Assembly (NCBI GenBank): GCA_964016885.1
Contig: OZ024741.1
Location: 224,378,001-224,442,000 of the forward strand
DNA from: Eledone cirrhosa
Taxonomy: Eukaryota
Length of the DNA: 64,000 nt
Direction: 5' to 3'
Shown in pieces: positions 29,050-41,492 of this stretch (position 1 is the first letter of the stretch; every line of letters starts with the position of its first letter). The position numbers and the translations under genes were made by a program. The notes beneath the pieces are model-generated. The model made no database searches and was not told where the DNA came from. It worked only from the letters and a program-made list of their open reading frames with translations.

Positions 29050-29230
29050 ATTGTTTCTACTTTTGGCATAATGTCAGCTATTACCCCAGTGCATTACTGG
29101 TGCTTTATTTCATTGACCCCGTAAGGCAAAGTTAACCTCGGCGGGATTTGAACTCAGACCATAAAGAGATGTAATTCTATGCTGCAAAACATAGCGTCTG
29201 ACCTTCTACCGACACTGCCAATCCACCACT
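29050..29230 (-). mobile_element. Meta-like SINE
   Basis: Homologous to 27985-28165 with a small internal deletion. Confidence 0.82.
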
Positions 29231-29735
29231 TTTTGTCATGGCACCATCATGGCTATTTGACAATGTATTGTATCATGACACTATAACCACACAACCAATG
29301 CTTGTGATTGTATATATGGATGAAGTTGGTAGTACAATGCAAAATAATGTCAGCAGAGTATTCTTATCTAAGCCAATATAATTTTAAATGCTGATCATTA
29401 ATTCATTTTATTCCTCTGTTATTTAATGCTAAGGCGAACTTACAATGAGATAAATGATGTTGGATCTCCAGCAAACTTTGTAAATAGAAGATTTGGAGGA
29501 CATTGCTAAATTTCATGGGATAATGAATTACAGAGCCAGGTGTTAAAGGAATTCTGTGACTTGGAGGCAAACATAAATGTAATGATTCAGCATTTTAATT
29601 GGAACCATACACAGAACAGCTATAGATACGATGTAGTTACATACATCTTTCTGTATTTCTGTTAATCTATCTAAGTATCTACCTCCTAACCTGTATACTT
29701 ACATATCTATTTATATATCTACCTGCCCATTACCT

Positions 29736-29767
<32 letters not shown>

Positions 29768-29899
29768 GAAACACAAATTTAAATAATTTTGAAAACCATA
29801 CAATGCACTAGAAATAAAATTGAAATTGATAAGATAACAAAAGAATCTTACCTTTCTAGTGCATTGTATGGTTTTCAAAATTATTTAAATTTGTGTTTC
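29768..29899. repeat. Perfect 47-bp inverted repeat, 38-bp spacer
   Basis: gaaacacaaatttaaataattttgaaaaccatacaatgcactagaaa (29768-29814) has its exact reverse complement at 29853-29899. Confidence 0.93.
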
Positions 29900-29937
29900 C
29901 TATTCAACAATGCTTCCATCAAACTACAATACTCTTT

Positions 29938-29989
<52 letters not shown>

Positions 29990-30549
29990 CTCTGCAAATA
30001 TAAAATGAACCTGTCGGTGGTCACAAATTTCAGAATTCTTTGAATCCTTATCCTTGCCAAAGGGTCATTTTGAGAAATGTAATGTATTTCACTCCATTTT
30101 CTTGACTCCATGTTTTCCTGGTCCATTTACCTATTCAGTATTATATTGTCCGTTTAACTTAGAATCCAATCTTTTCAATTTTATTCGATAATTCTGTCAG
30201 ACCCTCAAAAACAATCTTCTCGTATTTAAACTCTGATTACTGTTATACGTTCGTTTAAATTATGCTCTAATTTGTAGGTTTAGATTATAAAAATAACCTT
30301 CTAGTTAACTTCCCCATATCCTCCCGCCACCCCCACTCACCACCATTATTAGATGGTCCAATCATAATTCAGCGGCTTATAATATGTTTCTCTTACCAAT
30401 CTCTTACACAAAACCACCGCCTCGGCTATCACTCCTTAAGTTTAAACCTGGTTGCCTTTGATATGCTAGATGAACTGTGGGATTCTGGAGAGTCTGAAGA
30501 ATCTGGACACTCAAATGACAATGTCAGAGATAAAGATAAATTCACCTCA

Positions 30550-33500
30550 TGTTGCCGGATGAAAATGCAAGGATTCCTCTTTATTTCAGACACGGATGGC
30601 TAACATAACCCCGTCTCCCTCACCCCTCCCTGCGCCTCCAACCCATCCCTTCCACCCATCAAACGAAATCCAAAACTTCAGATTTTGTACCATGAATGTA
30701 GGTACCTTAAAAGGTTGCTCTAACGAGGTTGTAGAGATGCTTGAACGTAAGGAAGTTGATGTTTGTTGCGTCCAAGAGACTAGGTGGAGGGGTGGGTCTA
30801 CTAGATTCATTGTGGGTAAAAAACGATGCTATAAACTTTTCTGGGAAATGAAAATGAGCTGGGTGGAGTAGGAATCATGTTAGCAGAAAAATGGGTAGAT
30901 AAGGTAATTGACATAAATAGAGTGAATGACAGAATAATTAAAATAAGACTTGTCCTAAATAGAAGTACTGTGACAATAATATCCGCTTATGCACCCCAAT
31001 CTGGACTGCCTGGCGTTATAAAAGACAGATTCTATGAGTCGCTAATGCTCACTACCTCCCAAATAACTGACAGTGACTACATAATTATTGCTGGCGACCT
31101 AAATGGTCATGTTGGACAACATTGTGATGGCTATGAATCCATGGAGGCTATGGGTTTTGTACTAGAAATGAGGAAGGCTTCAGAATCCTAGAATTCTGTG
31201 ATGCAAATAACCTAACTATCTGTAACACAAACTTAAAAAAACGAGACAATCACTTGATCACCTATAGATCAGGGGAACACAGATGTGACAAAGTGTCTGT
31301 TGTAAACACTAGATCCCTCCCCCGTGAAGAATGCACCTCCCAACATAGCCTCATAGTTAGTGACCTCATAGTCAGGACAAGACGTACTCAACAACAGAGG
31401 AGGACTACCCTGAGAAGGAGAATATGGAAGTTAAAGGACCCCACAGCCAGTAACAAATTTAAAAGCATATTACTTGATGCTTTTGACAGTAAGGAAGAGC
31501 AATTAGTGTCATACAATATCGAGGAACAGTGGGAATTCCTGAAAGTCAACCAGCTGAAGGCGACAGATGAAATCTGTAGCTGGAGCAGACCTATAGGCAG
31601 GAGGAGAGTAACATGGTGGTGGAACAGTAAGGTAGAGGAGTCAATCAAGGCCAAAAAGCAAGCTTGGAAAGTATGGCAGGATAGGGGAAGTAGAGAACAC
31701 TATCAAGTGGCCAGGAGGGAAGCTAGGAGACAAGTGTATTTTGCAAGAAGAGGAGCAGAGGAAAGAAAGTTCAAGCATGTTCTACAACGCAAGGACCAAA
31801 AACGTGAGGTGTTCAGGATTGCTAGACAATGTGTCAAGGAAAACCGTGATATTGTCGGGGAGAAGTGTGTCCTTAATGATGATGGCATACTTGCCATCAC
31901 TGATGCTGATAAGAAGGTACCTTGGAAGTGTCACTACAAGAGGCTACTAAATGAGGAGAATAAATGGGAAAAAGATAGTTTGCTCCAAATCGATCCAATA
32001 GAGGGACCAGCAGTGCAAGTTGAAGGTAGTATAATAAGTAAGGCAATCAAAGATATGAAGACAGGCAAAGCAGCTGGGCCTTCAGAGATAGTTGACCAGG
32101 TCATGAAGGTCACAGAAAGAGTTATAGCACAACTAATCAGAGAGCGAATTGATCTAGATGAAATGCAGTTTGGGTTTGTCAGGTAAAAGTACCACAGACG
32201 CTCTTTTCCTTGTACGACAACTACAGGAGAAGTACCTAGCTAAAAGTAAACCCCTATACTTAGCTTTTGTTGACTTGGAGAAAGCCATTATCTGGTGGGC
32301 TCTTAGAAAACTAGGTGTTGATGAATGGCTTGTGAGAGCTATACAAGCCATGTATAAAGAAACAGCCAGCAAGGTTAGAATTAACAACAAATATAGTGAA
32401 GAATTTAGTGTAAAAGTTGGCGTTCATCAGGGCTCTGTCCTTAGCTCCCTCCTATTTATTATTGCCCTTCAGGCTATAACAGAGGAGTTCAAGACTGGCT
32501 GCTCATGGGAACTTCTATATGCAGATGATCAAATGCTCATAGCTGAATCGATGGCTGAACTAGAGAAGAAATTCCAAACAAGGAAGCATGGCCTAGAATC
32601 AAAAGGCCTTAAAGTTAACTTGTCTAAGACTAAAGTTCTAGTATGTAGGAAGGGAAATAGGGCACTGGTCCCCTCTGGGAAATGGCCATGCTCAGTATGT
32701 ATGAAAGGAGAAGGCAGAAACTTCATTTTATATCCCAAATGCAAAGTATGGGTGCATAAAAGATGTAGTGGGATCACAGGTAAGCTAACTAAGAACATAG
32801 ATTTTATATGTGGCCAGTGCTCAGGTGCAATAAGTAGCAAGTGCCCACAGGATACTAGCTCCTTCCATTGCCCAGATGGTTCTATAGAAATAGTGGACAC
32901 CTTCCGTTACCTGGGTGACAAAATCAGCAGTGGTGGAGGGTGCTCTGAAAGTACAGTAGCCAGAGTCAGAATGGGATGGAAAAAGTTCAGAGAGCTTATA
33001 CCACTATTGGCCACTAAAGGTTTCTCTCTAAAAATGAAAGGCAGACTGTATGATGCCTGCATAAGAACAGCAATGTTACATGGCAGTGAGACATGGGCAT
33101 TGTGTGCAGAGGATCTGCGCAGACTGGAGAGGAACGAAGCTTGCATGCTCTGTTGGATGTGTAATAGTAACATACTTGAACAGCAAAGCATAAATGAACT
33201 AAGTGAGAAATTAGAAATAAGAGGGATCGGATGCTGTTTACTTGAGAGAAGACTACGTTGGTATGGTCACAGGATGCGCATGAAAGATGACAGCCGTATA
33301 AAAAAGTGCAGGGCGATTAAAATTGATGGAAGCTACGGAGTAGGCAGACCCAGAAAAACCTGGGACGACTTGATAAATTCTGACCTTATACACTTACACC
33401 TCTCTAAGACAATGTCACTGGACCGAGATCTTTGGCACTACACAGTAATACAGAAGACCCGCCTTGCCTATGTACAAAGCGAAACCTACAGTCAGTAGGC

Positions 33501-33870
33501 ACCTCTTAACCAAAAATACACCCCGATCCCACTACCCCTACTCCCACCCCCATAAACACCACATCTTTCTCTGTAAAGTTATGTTGGTACCACAACATCC
33601 AGTTCTAAATAAATGAGGTCGTGTAGGTGTCACGACAAAAAAAACACAGTCCACACTGTAATGTGGACGTGTAGGTAACACGGTAAAAACCTCCCAGTCC
33701 ACACTGTAAACGTGGTTGGTGTTAGGAAGGGCATCCAGCCATAGAAAACCCGCCAAACAGTCCCATACGAGCAAGACAACCAATCTTGCCTCAAGTGGGA
33801 CAATTCCCGTCTAAACCCAGGCTAGCATGGAAGATAGACGTTAAACGATGATGATGATGATGATGATGAT
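30550..33870 (+). mobile_element. Near-full-length degenerate RTE-clade LINE (APE-RT-Cys/His finger), subfamily A
   Basis: APE motifs TMNVGTL, VCCVQETRW, ISAYAPQ, GDLNGHVG; RT motifs GVHQGSVLS, LLYADD; C-terminus GRPRKTW; several frameshifts; (ATG)n tail. The 5' boundary is approximate. Confidence 0.93.
32158..33498 (+). pseudogene. RT plus C-terminal segment of the RTE ORF
   Basis: Open frame of 446 aa with a small deletion (DLEKA^IIWW lacks the FDRVPRA seen in the 9.7-kb copy). Confidence 0.9.
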
Positions 33871-33885
33871 ATAATATATATATAT

Positions 33886-36664
33886 TAAGGTGTTCCAGAA
33901 TCCCACATTTTACACAAAAGTGTTTTTTTTCTTAGCTCCCTATGCATTTTCTCATGCCATTTTGTGTATTATCAATTTATAATGTAATTTTGATTATTTC
34001 AGACTAATTTAAGCCTTGCCTAATAGTTGCAAATTGGCAGAATAATGGCGGAAACCAGTGGGCCTAGTTGTAGCTACTCGCTCCATTGTGATGATCGAGA
34101 AATATGGCTCCTGGGGCAATATGTTACATCATTTTCACCAAACAAAATACCCACAAAGGGGGATGTTCTAAGATATTTCTTCTACCTGAAAGATGGTCCT
34201 ATGAAACGTGAAAAGCATGTGAGCTTCAATGGTGCTATTACGGATAGGCTTGTGATGGAAGTAGTTAATCAGTGGGAAAAAGCTGGTGTGGCAACTCAAC
34301 GAAAAGACAAAGTGAAACTGAAAATTATGAACATGTACAGTGAATACAGAAATTTATAAAAAAAACAAAGGTTCTAAGTCAAACAAAGAAAAGGAAGCAC
34401 TATTTATTTCTGAATTGGATTTGTATTTCTACATTTCACATACTGATGCTGAAAAGAAAATTTTGAAAGACCGTCTTCGTAATAATGAACAGAAAATGGA
34501 AGATGCTACGTTTCTCGAAGCCCTGCGTTGCCAGAAAAAAGTATCTCTGGGTGCTGAAGACAAGGGTTACCAGAAAAAGGTATCTTCAAAGTTTAAGCGT
34601 GATCAGGTTTCTGTGGCTCGTCGAGAGTCAGAGAACCATAGAGAGAGTTTGTCAGGATCTGTAGCAGCACAACTTCCACGTAATGAACTGAGTGATTCAA
34701 GTTCAACCAATGATGAAACTGAAGATGAACAGGATCCTGAATTTCAGGCCTCAAACCCACCCAGAGACAGCTCAAAGTCAGTCAAGAAACGAAAAATCCA
34801 GCTGGAACTCCCAAAGAATCCATCAAAGTCCAAATATTTCTCTAATGGCTGATTGTTTAAACCTGACACTGGGCCAGAGAACAGCATTTATGGCATCGAT
34901 TATTTCTGAGGGTGAGACTGACATAGACGCCACAACTCTCTCCAAGAATAGTAGTAGACGTGCAGCTAAGAAGATCAGAACTATGGGGACTGAACACATA
35001 AAGGAACAATTTGCTGTACCAGACTTTGTTACCTTGCATTGGGATGGCAAAATAATTCCTGGTGACCACGAGAGGCTAGGTGTGCTAGTTGCTGGAACTC
35101 CGGACTTCAGAGAAGGTAAACTCCTCGGTGTTCCCATAATTCCTGATGGCACTGGAACCACCCAAGCCAAAGCATCATTTGATCTTGTTAAAGATTGGAA
35201 TGTTGATGGGTCTGTGGTGGGCTTGGTCTTCGACACAACTGCTTCGAATTCTGGATGGAAAAATGGTGCCTGCGTGAAACTAGAAGAGATGCTCAATAAA
35301 AAGGTGTTTTATTTTGCTTGTCGGCACCATGTCATGGAGCGTATCTTGTGTGCAGTGTGGCAACAACTATTCGGAGCAATGTCCAGTCCAGACACCCCAG
35401 AGTTCAAGGAGTTCAAAAAAGATTGGGTGTCACTCACGGACAAGACCAACTTTAAAACATTGAACATTGTCGACTGGAGACTCAAGCGTCTGTGTTCTGA
35501 GAACATCAAGTTCCCCCAATATTTGCTGACATCCAACGATGGGAAAATGAGTTCTCTTCCACGGGACGACTACTGAGAATGTGCCGAGTTGATGTTGATC
35601 TTGTCACTCCTCCTCGTGGAATTCATTGGATGCTACCTGGTGCACATCATAACGCTTGGTGGATGTCCACAATCATCTATAGTGCAAAGATGTATGCATT
35701 TGGTGAGCGACTCAATTACAATCAAGCTAAAATGGAAAAGTTGTGCCGGATCTGTATGTTCAATGCTCTGTTCTACGTGCGATACTGGTTGACAGCAGTC
35801 AAGTGTGCTGATGCACCATCCAATGACCTTCAATTCTACGTGGAGTTGACACAATACAGTAAGGTTGACAGAGATCTCTCGCAGGCAGCCACTATTGCTC
35901 TGAGCAGGCATCTTTGGTACCTGACGGAAGAAGCCATTCCGCTAGCGCTGTTTTCAAGTCGGGTCCAAGAGTCCGAGAAGAAACAAATAGCCCAACGTCT
36001 TGTCAAAACGAAAACGTCTGGGCCTCTCGACCGTGGTGTTCCAGTATTTCCCGAGTTGAAGTCATCCACGAAGCTGCCTCATGTCGTTGGAAAGAAATCA
36101 AGGCTTCTGTTCGATCTCCTTGGTCTCGACGATACTTGGCTTGAGCTGTCACCTGCAACTTGGTCATCACAAGCGTCATATCAAAATGCCTGTGCTGTTG
36201 TTCACAATATCAAGGTAGTCAACGATCTGGCGGAGAGAGCAGTCAAGTTGATAACTGATTTTGTTGCCATCACCAAGAATGAGGAGGAGAAGCAGTGTGT
36301 TCTTCAAATAGTCGAAGCTCATCGTCGCAAGGTCCCGGATTTCAAAAAAGAAACTCTGAAAAAAATATGACTGGTGTTAACTTAACTGAACTTGTTTCTT
36401 CCTTGTACACCTTTATATTCAAAGCTGGTTTACTAAATATAATGGATTAATAAAATAAACAATTATTGTATGGTCATATTTGGTTTCACATTTTCATGAT
36501 TTGATGCAACATAATCACACTTTCCACTATAATCTCCATAATATAGGCAAGGCTCAAAATAATTTATTTTATACAAAATGTGTTTTATTTTACCAATTGG
36601 GGCATTTATAATGGGAAAATATACAGGGAGCGTTAGTATTGTGACCTTGCTTTTTATGGCACAC

Positions 36665-36668
<4 letters not shown>
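33886..36668 (+). mobile_element. hAT-superfamily (hATm-like) DNA transposon, decayed
   Basis: Imperfect TIRs TAAGGTGTTCCA / TGGCACACTCTA; subterminal inverted motif ctccctatgcattttctcat / atgggaaaatatacagggag; ATATATAT on both sides. Confidence 0.8.
34045..36370 (+). pseudogene. DDE transposase pseudogene
   Basis: Motifs HWDGK, VFDTTASNSG..GAC, ACRHH, PRDDY, PGAHH, RHLWYL, VVNDLAERAVKL; frameshifts near 34357, 34845 and 35600 and a stop at 35574. Confidence 0.88.
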
Positions 36669-36740
<72 letters not shown>

Positions 36741-36899
36741 AGAAAAAAACGATTATTAGGAATATATATTAGGAATATATTTTTTTCCTTATTTTTTTTC
36801 TCTTTTTTCTGGGTTAGAAAATGTTTAAAACAAAATATTTTACTTTGTGTGAAGTGTTAAGGTATTAGTTAATTTATTTATTAATTTATTTATTTAATA

Positions 36900-37860
36900 A
36901 TTATCAATTACCGGTTTCAGCATTTTGTGCATTATCAAATTATGTGAGTGGGAGAGAAAAAAAGGGAATTTGTATTGGTACAAGATGTAAAAGAGAAAAA
37001 AAGGGTGATGTGGAACATGATAAGGTAATGGGAAAGAAAGAATAATATTATTTACAAACAAGGTTTTTGAAGTAAAAAAAAGGGTGATGTGGAACATGAT
37101 AAGGTAATGGGAAAGAAAGAATAATATTATTTACAAGCATGGTTGTTGAGGATAAGCAGTACAAAAAATGTTATTATGGCAAGATCGCTTAAAGAAGTTG
37201 ATCCTTGATGGATGCAAATGGCTGTCTGGGATTGGATGTGTTTCCCCTTTTTAGAGAATTAATATGCAGGGGGGGGGGGGGGGGGTAATTCAGGGTGGTC
37301 AGGTAGGAGAAAGAGAAGAGAAGAAATATAAGAAAAAGGATTAGGTAGGGTGTACAGGAGGTAACTCTTTAGAGAACGTAGGGATTTTGGACTATGGTTC
37401 ATTGTTTGTTCCTGTTTTAGTTTTGTCCGAAGTTTAGTCCATTAAGTAGAGGTTGGAATTTGTTAATGAAGTATGTTTCCTTATTAGTACGATGGATGAA
37501 AGTAGCGTTGTCTATGAATTTGTAAATGGGGAAAATTCTAAAGTTTGGTAGTTGGTTAGGTGCACAATTGGCGATATGTTCACTAAAAGGAATCTTTCTG
37601 TATTCCTGTATTTTGATTTGTGATCTATGGACGGTCATACATTGTCGGAGGCTGTCCTTTGTCTGTCCTATGTAGTGCTCTCGACAACCTGAGCAGGTCA
37701 AAACATAGATTAGGCTTTCAGATGCACATGTACAGTTGTGTTTAACTGTGAAATGTTGTCCTTGTTTAAAGTGGAATGTTGAACCTTCTATTAGATTTAT
37801 GCATATACCACAGTTGGGCCTTCCGCATTTTTTTTACTGTTGGGTTCATTGTGAGGGTTG
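36900..37860 (-). mobile_element. Penelope-like element 3' fragment (Cys linker, GIY-YIG endonuclease, 3' region)
   Basis: KCGRPNCGICINL...CTCASESLIYVLTCSGCREHYIGQT..LRQCMTVHR...KETYFINKFQPLLN; a ~62-bp direct repeat (copies ~77 bp apart) at 36995-37135. Confidence 0.85.
36902..36944 (-). ncRNA. Decayed hammerhead motif downstream of the Penelope GIY-YIG
   Basis: Minus strand: cauaau-UUGAUAA-u GCA caaaa UGC u-GAAAC-CG-GUA-auug; two core substitutions relative to CUGAUGA; palindromic stem III ACCGGU. Confidence 0.6.
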
Positions 37861-38084
37861 GTTGGATTTTGGCTTATATATATGTGTGTATGTATGTATG
37901 TATGTGTATGTGTGTGTCCTATTGCTTTAATTTTTTCAAATTTAGATATGAATTTATTTTAGTATCTCAACCTTACCAACCTGTCTCTCTACAATAGTTA
38001 TCTGTCTACTGGTCTATCTATCCATCCCTCCAGCCATCAAACTATACTATTTATCTACACCACTTTTTCTCTGAATATATATAT

Positions 38085-38425
38085 ATCATCATCATCATCA
38101 TTTCATTTTACGTCCGCTTTTCCCTGCTTGCAAGGGTGGGACGGGAACTGATTCTGGCTTGATTTCTACAGCTGGATGCCCTTCCTAACACCAACCTCAT
38201 TTACAGTGAGTGCTGGGTACTTTTTTGCCGTGGCACCTACACGACCACTTTGCAGTGGAATGATAAGGACCTCAGTCCCTATCATCTCATTTCTACAGCT
38301 GAGTAAACTGGAGCAATGTGAAATAAAGTGTCTTGCTCAAGGAAACAACACATCACCCGGTCTGAGAATTGAACTCACAACCTTTCGATTGCAAGGCCAA
38401 TGCTCTAACCACTAAGCCATGTGCC
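38085..38425 (-). mobile_element. tRNA-derived CORE-like SINE with RTE tail
   Basis: Full copy with A/B boxes, body tgtttccttgagcaagacactttatttcac and tail gcggacgtaaaatgaaatgatgatg. Confidence 0.88.
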
Positions 38426-38800
38426 TCCATATATATATATGATTATCATTTGGTCATTTCTCCCTTCTCTTGTTCCTACGATCAAATCTCCTTTTTTCCT
38501 TTTTCTCCCTTTCCTCATGATTTGCTATCTCGATCTATCACTTCCACTATCAACAATAATGAGGTATGAATATATTATTATTATTTAAATTTTTAACAGT
38601 TATATAAGTTTATGTATTATATATTATTAGTTATTTATTAGTATATATCTTTATACACATTCTCATACGCACCCTCTGTATTATATGTAATTTTTCATGT
38701 TTCAACTTAAGGTATATAAATATCGAGTTTTGTCATAACTAATCACTGCCATGGCTAAATTATAACCATCAACATAGTCAAGGTATGTCAGGCATCAACT

Positions 38801-38866
38801 TATTTTATCTGATGAGGACGTACTGTTGAAATAGCACAGTATCTCTGAAATATGTATAATAAAATA
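38801..38866 (+). ncRNA. Hammerhead-like motif with long stem II
   Basis: uauuuuau-CUGAUGA-ggac GUACUGU..ACAGUAU cucu-GAAA-UAU-GUA-uaauaaaaua; stems I and III imperfect. Confidence 0.55.
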
Positions 38867-38908
38867 TATTTGATCACATGAATGTCTATATTTATTAATA
38901 TTTTGAAG

Positions 38909-38942
<34 letters not shown>

Positions 38943-38948
<6 letters not shown>

Positions 38949-39215
38949 TGTTGTTTCCTTGAGCAAGACACTTTATTTCACATTGCTCCAGTTTACTCAG
39001 CTGTAGAATGAGATGATAGGGACTGGTGTCCATATCATTCCACTGCAAAGTGGTCGTGGAGGTGCCACGGCAAAAAAGCACCCAGCACTCACTGTAAATG
39101 AGGTTGGTGTTAGGAAGGGCATCCAGCTGTAGAAATCAAGCCAGAATCAGTTCCCGTCCCACCCTTGCAAGTAGGGAAAAAAGCGGACGTAAAATGAAAA
39201 TGAAAATGAAAATGA
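38943..39215 (+). mobile_element. 5'-truncated copy of the CORE-like/RTE-tail SINE
   Basis: Reverse complement of 38085-38355; tail (AAAATG)n. Confidence 0.85.
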
Positions 39216-39858
39216 TACAAGCATTAACATGCACAAACACACACACACACATATATATATGTCAGTATGTGTATGTGTGTGACCCTGTATTTGTATCTAT
39301 TTACTTGTGTCTGTGTTTACCTATGTAAACTGGTGTTTATATGCATTTATATAAAAAAAACTGTAATTTAGTGGTATCAAAAATATATATTGATGAAATA
39401 AGAGTTGGGGTAAAACGATTGACTAAATCCTTTGATGTCCTAGCAATGTTACAGTCAAATAATTGGAGCTATCTAGATGTGTCGGTGACTATTCATCTTG
39501 GCAGAGACTGTTGAAGTAAAGATAGATGCTCTTATAACCATAAAATGTAAATGGCATTTGTTGACATCATGGATGGTTAGTATATTAATCAAGGGAGAGG
39601 GGATGGGGGAGATAGCAAAGATAAAGAGGGATGGAGGGAGATGGAGAGGAAGAGTGGTATTGTTTGGAAGGAGTTTAGTTACACCAAAGTAGCTTGTCCA
39701 AGAAAACACTACTTGAAAATGAAGTCTTCTTTTGTGTTTCTAGAAACTCAGGGTGGTTAGAGAAGAGACATAGATATTTATGGTTGAATAAGATCTGACA
39801 ATAACAACTTGACCATCACATAATAAATGTCCAAAGTTTGATTGTCCTCTTCGCCCAA

Positions 39859-39913
<55 letters not shown>

Positions 39914-40674
39914 AAAAAAAATGTGTTACACTTATCCTCATGCTATTTATTATCTCTTGTTTTTGGCATTGATTTGTCATCAAAGAGAGAATTTAATGTC
40001 AGTAATTCACTTTGTCTGGTAAAAGCATTTCCATTGAATAAACACAGCAGAAATGATTATCTGCTTGACCTTGTTCAACTCCATTTTGTTGCAGGAAAAA
40101 TTGGTAAAACATAAAAGTCAGTTCAGAGACTGATTGTTGGCATTTGCTCAAAAATATGGTTTCTTTCCTTATCTCCAGCAATCAGTTATACAATAAAATT
40201 GAAAAAGGAGTTTCTTACCACCAAACAATACAATACATCAATCACCAACAATAAGCCATATAGTAGCAACAACAGCAAGGGTATCTACATTGTATTTTGA
40301 ATGGGATTTTATAGCAAACAGACACAATGAAACAAGGTCAGGTGGTTAGTCTATTATTGACCACATGATCATAAATTCAAATATACTGCAACCATTTTGT
40401 TGTACCCCTGAGAAAAGCCCATAACTATTCATCTGGAGCAAAGGTGAAATTCTGCTTGCTTGTTGTTGTTCGTGGTGGTGGTATTGTTGATAGTAATGGT
40501 GATGGTAGTGATGTTGTTGTTGTTGATAGTGGTGGTGATGGTAGTGGTGTTGGTGGTGATGGTAGTGGTGGTGTTGTTGTTTAGTCCCAAGGAAGCCCTA
40601 ATATTAGCAGACCTAATATTAAAAGCATTTCAACTATGACCTTCTAATGTTCTTAGACAGTGTATCTGGAATTT

Positions 40675-40915
40675 ATCATTATTGTCAGCATCATCCCCAT
40701 CATCATCCCCATCATCATCATCATCATCATAATCACCACCATCATCACCACCACCATCATCATTATCATCACCATCATCATCATCATCATCACCACCATC
40801 ATCATCATCCTCATAATCACTCATCACCACCATCGTTGTTGTCATGATGATGATGATGATCATCATCATCATCAATATCATCGTTGTCTTCATCATCATC
40901 ATCATCATCGCCATC
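40675..40915. repeat. (CAT)n microsatellite
   Basis: Direct reading. Confidence 0.9.
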
Positions 40916-41069
40916 ACCTGGATGTCCTTCCAATCACCAACCATTTTACAGACTGCACTGAGTATGTTCTATTGTGTCACCAACACTAGAGTCCTCTTGA
41001 ACCTTTCTTTGGAAAGTGTTTCTATAGCTGGGTGCTCTTCCTATCACTAATCCCTTTATAGGGTAATCA

Positions 41070-41258
41070 CAATTGTTTCTACTTTTGGCACAAGGCCAGC
41101 AATTACCCCAGTGCATTACTGGTACTTTATTTTATCGACTCTATAAGGATGAAAAAGCAAAGCTAACCTCGGCAGGATTTGAACTCAGACATAAAGGGCC
41201 ATGACTTTATGCTGCAAAGCATGGTGTCTGATGCTCTACCGATTCTGCCAATCCATTG
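41070..41258 (-). mobile_element. Meta-like SINE
   Basis: Homologous to 27985-28165. Confidence 0.85.
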
Positions 41259-41319
41259 CCCTTATAGGGCAGTGGATTGGCAGAATTGGTAGAGTTGTTG
41301 TCATTATGTTGTCATAACG

Positions 41320-41492
41320 ATAATTGTTTCTACTTTAGGCACAAGGCCAGCAATAACCCAGTACATTACTGGTACTTTATTTTATCGACCCCGTAAGGAT
41401 GAAAGGCAAAGTTAACCTCGGCGGGATTTGAACTCAGACTGTAAAGGGACGTAACTATGCTAGAAAGCATGGCGTCCAACCTTCTACCGATA
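41320..41492 (-). mobile_element. Meta-like SINE
   Basis: Homologous to 27985-28165. Confidence 0.85.

Noticed and set aside
30460-30545. Acidic peptide MLDELWDSGESEES upstream of the RTE
   Set aside because: Too short and uninformative to call a gene or transposase start
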